64,000 nt of DNA, taken from contig CAXXGO010000006.1 in NCBI GenBank assembly GCA_963666835.2, forward strand, positions 544,001-608,000, read 5' to 3'. The translations under genes were made by a program, and so were the position numbers. Position 1 is the stretch's first letter; each line of letters opens with the position of its first letter. Source of the DNA: Phycisphaerae bacterium. GTDB lineage: Bacteria; Planctomycetota; Phycisphaerae; UBA1845. This document shows positions 49,887-59,761 of this stretch, in pieces. A model generated the notes under the pieces. It worked only from the letters and a program-made list of their open reading frames with translations. It made no database searches and was not told where the DNA came from.

Positions 49887-52817
49887 ATGATCAGCACTAA
49901 TTGCCTCCCCGTCTTTTTGACGAGCATCTTGTTCGCGACTGCGTTATGCGGTACCGGCTTGGCAGACCCGCCATCCTCGTTTGATCTGCGCGACGTGGGC
50001 GGAATCGACTACGTCACCTCAATAAAAAGCCAGACCGGGGGGACATGCTGGACGCATGGAACGATGGCGGCGATCGAAGGCAACCTGTTGATGACCGGCG
50101 CCTGGACGGCGGCCGGCGAAACCGGAGAGCCGAACCTGGCCGAGTATCACCTCGACTGGTGGAACGGTTTCAACGAGCACAACAACGACGACCTTGATCC
50201 TCCGTCCGGCAGTGGGCTGGTAGTCCACGAAGGAGGCGACTATCGCGTGGCGACCGCATACCTTAGCCGGGGTGAAGGAGCGGTTCGGGACGAGGACGGG
50301 CAATCGTACAGTTCACCCCCCTCCCGGTCGGAACCGGGTTACCATTACTACTACCCGCGCGATGTGGAGTGGTTCACGGCCGGGGCGGATCTGAGCAACA
50401 TCGATACGCTCAAGAACAAGATCATGGCCGAAGGAGTCATGGGTACGTGCCTGGCGTACAGCAGTAGCTTCATCTCCAATTACATCCACTATCAGCCGCC
50501 GACCAGTACGATGCTCCCGAATCACGCGGTGGCGATCATCGGTTGGGATGACGATCAGGCGACGCAGGCCCCGCTGGACGGCGCCTGGCTCTGCAAGAAC
50601 AGTTGGGGGTCCGGCTGGGGTAATGACGGCTGCTTCTGGATCTCCTATTACGACAAGTGGGCCGGCCAGGAGCCCGAGATGGGCGCCGTGACCTTCCGAA
50701 ACGTCGAACCGTTCGCCTACGATAACATTTACTACCACGATTATCACGGCTGGCGGGACACGATGACCGGAATCACCGAGGCGTTCAACACGTTCACGGC
50801 CGAGGCCGACGAAACGCTGCAAGCGGTGAGTTTCTTCGTGGCCGCGGACAACGTGACGTATACCGTGCGGATCTATGACCGGTTCGAGGGCGGGGTGCTA
50901 CTGGATGAGCTTTCCAGCACTACGGGTCTGATCGAGTACTCCGGTTTTCACACCATCGATCTGGACAGTGCCGTCGGGTTGTCTGCGGGTGACGACTTCC
51001 ACATTTACGTAGAGCTATCCGCCGGGGGGCACCCGTTCGATCGCACGTCGGATGTGCCGGTTCTGCTCGGAGCGCGATATCGCACGATCGTCGAGTCGGC
51101 GGCCGGGCCGGGCGAGAGCTATTATCATAACGGCTCCGATTGGCGAGACCTGTACGATCATGAGTTTGCCGATTCTTCGTGGGATGGGACGGCCAACTTC
51201 TGTATCAAGGGGTTGGCGGTGGAGAAGGGGCTTTCGGTCACTCCCGACACGGGCCTGTTGGCTGCCGGGCCGGTCGGCGGTCCGTTCGAGCCGGTTTCCG
51301 CCGTTTATGACATAACGAACCAGGACGATCATGCGATCGACTTCGAGGTAACGAAGGACCCTGGGGACACGTGGTTCACGATTACCGGTGACACTACCGG
51401 AAACCTGGACCCGCAGGAGACCGCGCAAATAACCGTCGAGATCAACAGCGGGGCGGACGTTCTGAGCTCCGGAGCGTATAACGGCACGGTGTACATCACC
51501 AACACCACGGATCACCTGGGCGATACGGAGCGTCCGGTGCTATTGGCCGTGGGAGACCCGACCCTGCAATATGAATGGCTTCTCGATACCGATCCCGGCT
51601 GGACCACGGAAGGGCAGTGGGAGTTCGGAATTCCGTTGGGCGGAGGAGGATCTTCCGGAAATCCGGATCCGATGGGTGGCGGCTATACGGGCAGTAATGT
51701 TTATGGATATAACCTGGCCGGCGATTACTCGGTTAACGAACCTGAGCGGCACCTGACCAGTACGGCGATCGATTGCACCGGCCTGCTCAACGTGCATCTG
51801 AAGTTCTGGCGGTGGTTGGGCGTCGAGGAGCCGCGCTGGGATCATGCGTATGTTCGGGTGAGTAATGATGGGACCGATTGGGTCACCGTTTGGGAAAACG
51901 AGGATGAAGTGACCGACTCGACGTGGGTGGAGATGGACTTGGACATCTCGGAGGTGGCCGCCGATCAGGCGACCGTCTATTTGCGCTGGACGATGGGTAC
52001 TACGGATACCGCCGACGTCTTCTGCGGATGGAATATCGACGATATAGCCATTTGGGCGGTGGGTAGCCCGCCCGACTGCAACGACAACGGTATTCCGGAT
52101 CATTTGGATATTTCCGGCGGAACGAGCCCGGACTGCAACGGCAATGGCATTCCGGACGAGTGTGATATCGAGAGCGGGTTCAGCGTGGATAATAACGGCA
52201 ACGATATCCCCGACGAATGCGAGTTGTATCCGCCGGTCGCGGCCGATCCGCCCCACGACGTACTCAAGAACCGGTATTTGTCGTTCAACCCGAACAATAC
52301 CGAAACCGTAGCGCTCCGCGTCGAGATGACCGACAGCACCTTATTCCCGGGCTCTGTCGGCGCGTCCGGATGGGTTGCGGAGCCGGACGGAACCGGACGG
52401 GCCTCGCTTGCTGCGGCGCCGTTCTACAGCTCGGCCTGGCCGGCGCTCGTTCATGTGGGCCATTGCCGGATCACGCCGGGTTCGGAATACGAAGTCCGCG
52501 CCACCGCTGACGGGACCAACTTCTCCGACGCTTTGACGGTCATGACGGCGGACCAGCCGCTACCCAAGGTATGGGCCGACGTCGTGGGACCGTTCGGCAG
52601 TGCAGAGTGGACCGCACCCAACGGTATTGTGAGTATGGACGACCTCATGGCGGCGGTTCAGAAGTTCCAGGCGGTAGCAACAGCGCCACCTTTGACCTGG
52701 GTAGACGTAGACGGCGAACAGCCCAACGGGGTCGTGAATATGACCGACCTCCAGCAGATTGTGAATGCGTTCAAAGGTCAGTCGTACCCGTTCAGTGCTC
52801 CGGCTGACTGTCCATAG
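49887..52817 (+). CDS. Secreted papain-like C1A peptidase with lectin-like domain and shared C-terminal domain
   Basis: PSSFDLR, QTGGTCW (Cys), NHAVAIIGWDD (His), KNSWGSGWG (Asn), ANFCIKG; ends YPFSAPADCP*. Confidence 0.9.
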   Translation: MISTNCLPVFLTSILFATALCGTGLADPPSSFDLRDVGGIDYVTSIKSQTGGTCWTHGTMAAIEGNLLMTGAWTAAGETGEPNLAEYHLDWWNGFNEHNNDDLDPPSGSGLVVHEGGDYRVATAYLSRGEGAVRDEDGQSYSSPPSRSEPGYHYYYPRDVEWFTAGADLSNIDTLKNKIMAEGVMGTCLAYSSSFISNYIHYQPPTSTMLPNHAVAIIGWDDDQATQAPLDGAWLCKNSWGSGWGNDGCFWISYYDKWAGQEPEMGAVTFRNVEPFAYDNIYYHDYHGWRDTMTGITEAFNTFTAEADETLQAVSFFVAADNVTYTVRIYDRFEGGVLLDELSSTTGLIEYSGFHTIDLDSAVGLSAGDDFHIYVELSAGGHPFDRTSDVPVLLGARYRTIVESAAGPGESYYHNGSDWRDLYDHEFADSSWDGTANFCIKGLAVEKGLSVTPDTGLLAAGPVGGPFEPVSAVYDITNQDDHAIDFEVTKDPGDTWFTITGDTTGNLDPQETAQITVEINSGADVLSSGAYNGTVYITNTTDHLGDTERPVLLAVGDPTLQYEWLLDTDPGWTTEGQWEFGIPLGGGGSSGNPDPMGGGYTGSNVYGYNLAGDYSVNEPERHLTSTAIDCTGLLNVHLKFWRWLGVEEPRWDHAYVRVSNDGTDWVTVWENEDEVTDSTWVEMDLDISEVAADQATVYLRWTMGTTDTADVFCGWNIDDIAIWAVGSPPDCNDNGIPDHLDISGGTSPDCNGNGIPDECDIESGFSVDNNGNDIPDECELYPPVAADPPHDVLKNRYLSFNPNNTETVALRVEMTDSTLFPGSVGASGWVAEPDGTGRASLAAAPFYSSAWPALVHVGHCRITPGSEYEVRATADGTNFSDALTVMTADQPLPKVWADVVGPFGSAEWTAPNGIVSMDDLMAAVQKFQAVATAPPLTWVDVDGEQPNGVVNMTDLQQIVNAFKGQSYPFSAPADCP

Positions 52818-52890
52818 ATGGAGAATCTCTACGGAGCGCTTTCTCAGGGAAGTGTGCCCCGGATGATATGTAGAAAGGAATGGAACGAAA

Positions 52891-55800
52891 ATGTACGAGC
52901 CGACCGCTGCCCGAGATGCAAGGTTTCTCCGCATCGTGATGTTGGTCGTATTCGCCGCGGCTCTGGGACGCAGTGCGGGGGCGAGTCAATCCGAGCCGAT
53001 CGTTGTTTCCATGACGATCCCGGCGGAGTCGCCGAAAGTGATCCCGGGTGACGAGGGCAGCGAGTTGCGGGTCGAGGGGTTTGGCAACCTCCATTGCGCC
53101 GGCGAGCCGGCACTGCCCAGCAAGATCTTCGCGATCGGAATTCCCCCGGGGAGCGAAGTCGCCAAGGTGACGTTTGATTTGGGTGCCGAGGTTGTTTTAC
53201 CCGGAACGTATCGCGTCGCTCCGGCCAAGCTCTCGCGGGTCATCGGCGAGGAGGATCCCGCGCTGTACGCCCGAGATCTTCAGCGTTTCAACGAGCGTTA
53301 CGAAGCCGTGTACGGCAGCGATGATGCCTACCCATCGTTGACGGTGGAGCCCGTGCGGCAGGCCGGCTATCGCAAATATGATCTTGTCGATGTGCGGGTC
53401 ACCCCGGTCGCCTATCATCCGAAGTCCGGCCGGCTGAGCTACTACTCCGCTATCACGGTTCACGTCCACTGTGAGCCGGCGTCTGCTCCGAAGCAGGCTA
53501 TCGTGGACAGCCTGGCCAAGAACGAGCGTATTGCCCGGGAGATCGTGGCCAACTACGACCAGGCGGCCGGCTGGCATCCGCAGACGGACGCCGCTGCCAA
53601 GGGGCTGTACGACTTCGTTATTGTCACTTTGGATACTCTGACATCCGCGGTAACGCCGTTGGTTAATTGGGAGACGTCCAAAGGTCGCAATGTAAACGTC
53701 GTCACGACGTCCTGGATCGACGCCAACTACACCGGATACGACCTGGCCGAGAAGATCCGCAACTTCCTGCGGGAGAAGTACCCGTCCGGTGAATGGGGAA
53801 TACAGGATGTGTTGCTGATCGGGCATTACGACGATGTCCCGATGCGGCGGACAGCCCAGGATGTGGGATACGGCCAGCCGGAGACTGACTTCTATTATGC
53901 GGAGCTGTCGCTGCCGGATAGCGAATCCTGGGATTCCAACGGGAACCACCAATGGGGCGAGGACGCCGATGCGATTGACTTTTACGCGGAAGTGAACGTC
54001 GGGCGGATTCCGTGGAGCCAGCCGACTACGGTCGCGAGTATCTGCAACAAGTCGGTGGCATTCGAGCAGAACCAGGACCCCGCGTTCAAGAAGAACATGC
54101 TGCTTCTCGGGGCGTTCTTCTGGTGGGATACCGACAACGCTTATCTCATGGAGGCCAAGATCGATCAACCCTGGATGAGCGATTGGACGTTCACCCGGAT
54201 GTACGAGAAGAATACGGATTATTCGTCATCGTTCGATTGCGACTATCCGCTGCTCAACAGCAACGTAATGTCGGTCTGGCCGACAGGGCAGTACGCATTC
54301 GTGAACTGGGCCGGGCACGGTTCACCGACGTCGACGCACATATACGGTCTGGGAGCCCCCGCGTTTATCGATTCGTCCGATTGCCCCTCGCTGAGCGACG
54401 ACTATCCGGCGATCATCTTTGCGGATGCGTGCAGTAACTCGGACACGGACGATTTGAATATCGGCCAGGCCATGCTGGAGCACGGCGCGGTCGGATTTGT
54501 CGGTGCCACCAAGGTGGCTCTGGGTACTCACGCATGGTCGAGCGGCTATGACGGCTCCAGCCAATCACTCGACTACTTCTTCACTACGTGCGTAACTTCC
54601 GGCGAGTATACGCAAGGTGAAGCGCTGCAGTGGGGTCTGCGAGAGATGTACACCCACGGGCTGTGGGACTACAACAAGTACGAGACGTTCGAGTGGGGCG
54701 CGTTGTGGGGTAATCCGAATCTGCGAATCGGCCCACCGCCGATTATGAAGATTCAACTGCCGGACGGTCCGCCGGAGTATATGGAGCCCGGAGTCGCCAC
54801 GGAGTTTACCGTGCAGATTCAGAGTGGGTCCGAGACCTACGTGCCGGGCTCAGGCATGCTCCATTATCGCTACGACGGCGGAGTGTATCTGACGACTCCG
54901 CTCACCCACAATGTGGCGGATTACTATATCGCCACTCTGCCGGGGACCGGTTGTGCGTCTACGCCCGAGTTCTATATCAGCGCTCAGGGCGACGGGGGCA
55001 GCACGGTGCTCAACCCGGCCGCGGCGCCCAGCTCGGTCTACACCGCAACGGTGGGATTATGGGCTGCGGTTTTCGAGAATCCTCTTGACGTCGACCCCGG
55101 CTGGACTACCGAGGGGCTGTGGGCGTTCGGGCCGCCGACCGGCGGTGGAGGGGAACATGGCGGCCCGGATCCGACGAGCGGCTACACCGGTGATAACGTC
55201 TATGGCTATAACCTCAGCGGTGATTACGAAGATGAACTTACCGTCGAGCAGCATTTGACCAGCGCGGCCATCGACTGCAGCGCAAAGAGCAACGTGAAGC
55301 TGATGTTCCAGCGTTGGCTGGGGGTCGAACAGCCGCGCTGGGATCATGCATACGTTCGAGTTAGTAACAATGGTACGAATTGGACCACCGTATGGGAGAA
55401 TGAGCAGGAAGTCACCGACACCACTTGGCAGTTGTGCGAGTATGACATCTCCTCCGTCGCCGACGATCAGCCGAGTGTATACGTTCGCTGGACTATGGGT
55501 ACTACGGATACCAGTTACAGATACTGCGGCTGGAATATCGACGATGTCGAGGTATGGGCTCTGGATACGTCGTTCGAGACCTGTGCAGACGGCGTACTGA
55601 ACCAGGGCGAAGAGCGCATCGACTGCGGCGGGCCGTGCCCGCCCTGCGAATGCCTGACCGACGAGGAGTGTGGCGACGGGCTCTACTGCAACGGTGGGGA
55701 AGTGTGCGACGTGCTCGGGCACTGCGGATCCGGCGCGTACCCGTGCCCGGGCCAGATGTGCGATGACGCCGGCGACGCGTGCGTGGACATCGCTTGCACG

Positions 55801-57090
55801 ACGGCCCCGGAGTGCGACGACGGACTCTACTGCAACGGGATAGAAACTTGCGTAGGCGATGTTTGCCAACCGGGAACACCGATCGATTGCGGCGACGGCA
55901 TTGCCTGTACGGTAGATTCGTGTGACGAGGTCGCGGACACCTGTGTTAACCTGCCGAGTGCGACGCGATGTGATGACGGCCTGTACTGCAACGGGGTTGA
56001 GATCTGCGATGCTCTGACCGGTTGCCAGGGAGGCGCGGCCATCGAGTGCGGCGATGACGTGGACTGCACCGTAGACTCCTGCAACGAGCTTCTCGATACG
56101 TGCAATAACATTCCCAGCGACGCGGCGTGCGACAACGCTCTGTTCTGTGACGGAGCGGAAACGTGCGATCCGGTGGCCGGTTGTCTGACCGGAGTGGCTC
56201 CATGTGTTCCGGACCAGATGTGTCGCGAGACCGATGACCAGTGTGTCGAGTGCGTAGAGGACAAGGACTGCCCGGACGACGGGGATCTCTGTAATGGAGC
56301 GGAAGTATGCACGTACGCGGGCGATTGTACTCATACGCCGGTCGCCGACTGCAACGAGAACGGCGTGGAGGATGAATGCGATATTCTCGACGGTACGAGC
56401 GAGGACTGTCAGCCGAATGGGGTTCCGGATGTGTGCGATCTCGACGGCGGGGGATCGGCCGATGAGAATGGCAACGACATCCCGGACGAATGTGAGGCTG
56501 AGCCGCCGCTGGCGGCCCCAGCCCCGTACGATATCAGTTACAATCGCTACATCGCATTCATACCAAACAACTCCAGCGCTGTCGCGCTGCGGGTCGAGGT
56601 GACCGGGAGTGTGCATTCACCGGATTCGGTCGGAGTCTTCGGTTGGGTCGGGCAGCAGGGGCCGGATTCGGTATCGCAGATTGTCTCGGAGCCGTATTTC
56701 TCAGATTTCTGGCCCGCAGTGGTGCGCGTGGCCGATTGCCTGATCGTCCCGGCCGCAACGTACTCGATTACCGCGACCACCCAGGGGACGCTCTTTAGCG
56801 AGCCCTTGGAGGTAATGACCACGCCTGCGCCGTTGCCCAAGGCGTGGGCCGATGTAGTTGGCGAGTTTACGGGCGACAGTTGGTCGGCACCTGACGGTTT
56901 GGTGGGTATGAACGACATTATGGCGACTGTCCAACGGTTTCAGGCCGTACCGACGGCTCCGCCGACGATGCAGGTGGATGTCGACGGGCAGACGCCCAAC
57001 CGAGTGATTAACATGACGGATGTGCTTCAGGTGGTGAACGCGTACCAGGGTGAGCCGTACCCGTTCAGCGATCCGGCAGGCTGTCCGTAA
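52891..57090 (+). CDS. Secreted C25 (gingipain-like) peptidase with Cys-rich repeats and shared C-terminal domain
   Basis: Propeptide GEPALP, LLIGH, TDFYYA, VGRIP, WAGHG (54316), DACS (54430), LWGNP; CDDGLYCNG repeats; ends YPFSDPAGCP*. Confidence 0.88.
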   Translation: MYEPTAARDARFLRIVMLVVFAAALGRSAGASQSEPIVVSMTIPAESPKVIPGDEGSELRVEGFGNLHCAGEPALPSKIFAIGIPPGSEVAKVTFDLGAEVVLPGTYRVAPAKLSRVIGEEDPALYARDLQRFNERYEAVYGSDDAYPSLTVEPVRQAGYRKYDLVDVRVTPVAYHPKSGRLSYYSAITVHVHCEPASAPKQAIVDSLAKNERIAREIVANYDQAAGWHPQTDAAAKGLYDFVIVTLDTLTSAVTPLVNWETSKGRNVNVVTTSWIDANYTGYDLAEKIRNFLREKYPSGEWGIQDVLLIGHYDDVPMRRTAQDVGYGQPETDFYYAELSLPDSESWDSNGNHQWGEDADAIDFYAEVNVGRIPWSQPTTVASICNKSVAFEQNQDPAFKKNMLLLGAFFWWDTDNAYLMEAKIDQPWMSDWTFTRMYEKNTDYSSSFDCDYPLLNSNVMSVWPTGQYAFVNWAGHGSPTSTHIYGLGAPAFIDSSDCPSLSDDYPAIIFADACSNSDTDDLNIGQAMLEHGAVGFVGATKVALGTHAWSSGYDGSSQSLDYFFTTCVTSGEYTQGEALQWGLREMYTHGLWDYNKYETFEWGALWGNPNLRIGPPPIMKIQLPDGPPEYMEPGVATEFTVQIQSGSETYVPGSGMLHYRYDGGVYLTTPLTHNVADYYIATLPGTGCASTPEFYISAQGDGGSTVLNPAAAPSSVYTATVGLWAAVFENPLDVDPGWTTEGLWAFGPPTGGGGEHGGPDPTSGYTGDNVYGYNLSGDYEDELTVEQHLTSAAIDCSAKSNVKLMFQRWLGVEQPRWDHAYVRVSNNGTNWTTVWENEQEVTDTTWQLCEYDISSVADDQPSVYVRWTMGTTDTSYRYCGWNIDDVEVWALDTSFETCADGVLNQGEERIDCGGPCPPCECLTDEECGDGLYCNGGEVCDVLGHCGSGAYPCPGQMCDDAGDACVDIACTTAPECDDGLYCNGIETCVGDVCQPGTPIDCGDGIACTVDSCDEVADTCVNLPSATRCDDGLYCNGVEICDALTGCQGGAAIECGDDVDCTVDSCNELLDTCNNIPSDAACDNALFCDGAETCDPVAGCLTGVAPCVPDQMCRETDDQCVECVEDKDCPDDGDLCNGAEVCTYAGDCTHTPVADCNENGVEDECDILDGTSEDCQPNGVPDVCDLDGGGSADENGNDIPDECEAEPPLAAPAPYDISYNRYIAFIPNNSSAVALRVEVTGSVHSPDSVGVFGWVGQQGPDSVSQIVSEPYFSDFWPAVVRVADCLIVPAATYSITATTQGTLFSEPLEVMTTPAPLPKAWADVVGEFTGDSWSAPDGLVGMNDIMATVQRFQAVPTAPPTMQVDVDGQTPNRVINMTDVLQVVNAYQGEPYPFSDPAGCP

Positions 57091-57173
57091 GGGAGCAGGG
57101 GAGGTATCCGGTCGGCACTGGGAGCGTTTTGCCCTCGGGCCTGCCGGGTCCTCGAATGAAAGGAAACGTCACG

Positions 57174-59600
57174 ATGCAACGTATGACCGGTTGTACCAGC
57201 AAGCCTCATTGCAGGGCGTATTGGATTCTGGCAGTTGTCGTTGGGCTCAGTGCGAGCGGGGCCTTCGCGGGTGATTCAGCAGTCAGCCTGACGATATCGC
57301 CCGGCGAATGTCAGATAATCGACACGGAGAATGGGGTGAAGCCCTTTCTGGACGGGTTCGGCTACTCGCTCGTGCCGGGTACCCCGACCTTGCCGTCCAG
57401 GATCTTCGCCATTGCCGTCCCCGCCGGCGCGCAAGTGCAGGCAATCGACGTCGAGATGGGCGAAGGCGTACTGCTACCCGGGGCTTTCGATATCGCTCCG
57501 GCTCCGTTGCCGCGTGTGATCGGGCAGGAAGATCCGACGGTCTATGCCCGCGAAAAGGCGACCTATGACAGCAACTTCACCGCCGTGTACGAAAGCGCCG
57601 ACGCCTACCCAAAGCTCGCGGCGGAGCTGGTCCGCACGGCCGGGTATCGCAAGTATAACCTTGCAGATGTGCGGGTAACGCCGTTCGCCTATCGTCCCTT
57701 GCTGGGTGAGTTGACGTACTATCCGAACGTGACGGTCCATGTTCAGTACGATCTGCCGGATACGGCCCGGGCCGCGATTATCGACGACCTGCCCCGCACG
57801 GAACGGATCGCGCGGGAGATCATTGCTAATTATGACGAGGTTTCCGATTGGTATCCGCGGTCTGCGCGGGCGGGTCGCGGACTCCACGATTACGTCATCG
57901 TCACGACCGACTCCCTGGCCTCGTCCGTAACGTCTTTGGTTGATTGGGAGACATACAAAGGGCGAACGGTCGAGGTGGTAACCACGTCGTGGATCAACTC
58001 CAACTACTCGGGTTATGATACCGCGGAGAGAATCCGCAACTTCCTTCGGGACAAATACCCGTCCGGGGAGTGGGGTATAGAGGACGTGCTGCTCGTCGGG
58101 CATTACGATCAAGTGCCCATGCGCCGCACCGCTCAGGACGAAGGCTACGGAAGACCGGAGACGGACTTCTACTATGCAGAGCTTTCGCAAGCGGACAGCG
58201 ATTCGTGGGATAGCGACGGCGATCGGCAGTATGGGGAGTACAGTGATTCGATCGACTACTATGCGGAGGTCAACGTCGGGCGCATCCCGTGGAGCGATCG
58301 GGATACGGTTCAGCACATTTGCGAAAAATCTGTGGCCTACGAGCAGAACGGCGATCCAACCTATAAGAAAAACATGCTGCTGCTGGCCGCCTACTTCTGG
58401 GCGAATACGGATAACGCCGAGCTGATGGAAGAGAAGACCGCCCAACCTTGGCTGGCGGATTGGACGTTTACCAAGCTCTACGAGAAGAACGGCGATTACT
58501 GGTCCTCCTATGCCTGTGACTACCCGCTTACCCGTGCGAATGTCCAATCGGTATGGCGGAACGGTCAATTCGCATTCGTCAACTGGGCCGGGCATGGTTC
58601 TCCAACCTCGACCCACATTTACGGACTCGGGGGCACGGCCTTCGTGAACTCGTACGATTGCGGATTCCTGAACGATGATTATCCCGCCGTTATTTTCGCG
58701 GACGCCTGCAGCAACTCCGATACGGACGAAACCAACATAGGCCAGGAGATGCTCAGGCAGGGCGCGGTGGGGTTCGTCGGGGCCACCAAAGTGGCGTACG
58801 GCTGTAGCGGCTGGAACAGCCCCTATGACGGATCGAGCCAATCACTGGACTACTTCTTTACTTCGTATGTAACCAGCGGGGACTACACGCAGGGCGCGGC
58901 CCTGCAGCGGGCAATGCGCGAGATGTATACGAATGGGTTGTGGTACTACACCAAGTATGAGACTTTCGAGTGGGGGGCCTTATGGGGCAATCCGAATCTT
59001 AGTATGGATATACCCGACGTGTCGGCGCCTATAGCCGTGGGAGGACCGAAGAACCGTTATGTCTCCTTCGGACCTAATAGTGGCGGAATGTGGACGGCGT
59101 ATCAGGTCGAGCTGACCGACAGCGAGTACTTTCCGGAGTCCCGCGGAGTGCTCGGCTGGGTCGGTGAACCTGACGCCGATGGAATCGCGAGCATCGTTGC
59201 CGAGCCGTATTTCACCGGGGACTGGCCGGAGGTTGTTCATGTAGGTGACTGCCGGATCGTCCCGGCTGCGGTTTACGAAGTCCGGGCGAGCGGGGACGGA
59301 GTAATGCTGACCAACGCGCTGGAGCTGCCTACGATAACCAGCCCGAATGGGAAATACTGGTGCGACTGCGTCGGCCCGTTTATCGGAGAGTGGTCCTGGC
59401 CGGATGGCAATGTGACGATGGACGACATAATGGCCGCCGTTCAGGTCTTTCAGGCCGCGCCGTCCGCCCCGCATGTGACCTGCGTGGACGTCGACGCCCA
59501 GGAACCCAACAAGGTGGTCAATATGACCGACATTATGCGGATTGCTCAGGGATTCGGCGGAGAGCCGTATCCGTTCTGTGATCCGGGTGCGTGCCCGTAG
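57174..59600 (+). CDS. Secreted C25 (gingipain-like) peptidase, minimal form with shared C-terminal domain
   Basis: Close paralogue of the catalytic region of 52891..57090, fused directly to the C-terminal domain; ends YPFCDPGACP*. Alternative start at 57156. Confidence 0.88.
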   Translation: MQRMTGCTSKPHCRAYWILAVVVGLSASGAFAGDSAVSLTISPGECQIIDTENGVKPFLDGFGYSLVPGTPTLPSRIFAIAVPAGAQVQAIDVEMGEGVLLPGAFDIAPAPLPRVIGQEDPTVYAREKATYDSNFTAVYESADAYPKLAAELVRTAGYRKYNLADVRVTPFAYRPLLGELTYYPNVTVHVQYDLPDTARAAIIDDLPRTERIAREIIANYDEVSDWYPRSARAGRGLHDYVIVTTDSLASSVTSLVDWETYKGRTVEVVTTSWINSNYSGYDTAERIRNFLRDKYPSGEWGIEDVLLVGHYDQVPMRRTAQDEGYGRPETDFYYAELSQADSDSWDSDGDRQYGEYSDSIDYYAEVNVGRIPWSDRDTVQHICEKSVAYEQNGDPTYKKNMLLLAAYFWANTDNAELMEEKTAQPWLADWTFTKLYEKNGDYWSSYACDYPLTRANVQSVWRNGQFAFVNWAGHGSPTSTHIYGLGGTAFVNSYDCGFLNDDYPAVIFADACSNSDTDETNIGQEMLRQGAVGFVGATKVAYGCSGWNSPYDGSSQSLDYFFTSYVTSGDYTQGAALQRAMREMYTNGLWYYTKYETFEWGALWGNPNLSMDIPDVSAPIAVGGPKNRYVSFGPNSGGMWTAYQVELTDSEYFPESRGVLGWVGEPDADGIASIVAEPYFTGDWPEVVHVGDCRIVPAAVYEVRASGDGVMLTNALELPTITSPNGKYWCDCVGPFIGEWSWPDGNVTMDDIMAAVQVFQAAPSAPHVTCVDVDAQEPNKVVNMTDIMRIAQGFGGEPYPFCDPGACP

Positions 59601-59761
59601 CACGGACGCGCTGACCGGCAGAAGACCGCAGCGCATTCGTAATAGAGACTGGGCCCACTCTTTCCCCCCGTGGCAAGAGGGGTTGAGTACCGCGCGCGTT
59701 GAACGCCGCGCTTGTTGAGCACTTTGCCTGTCGACAACGGCGGCGACTGAAGGAGTCGACC

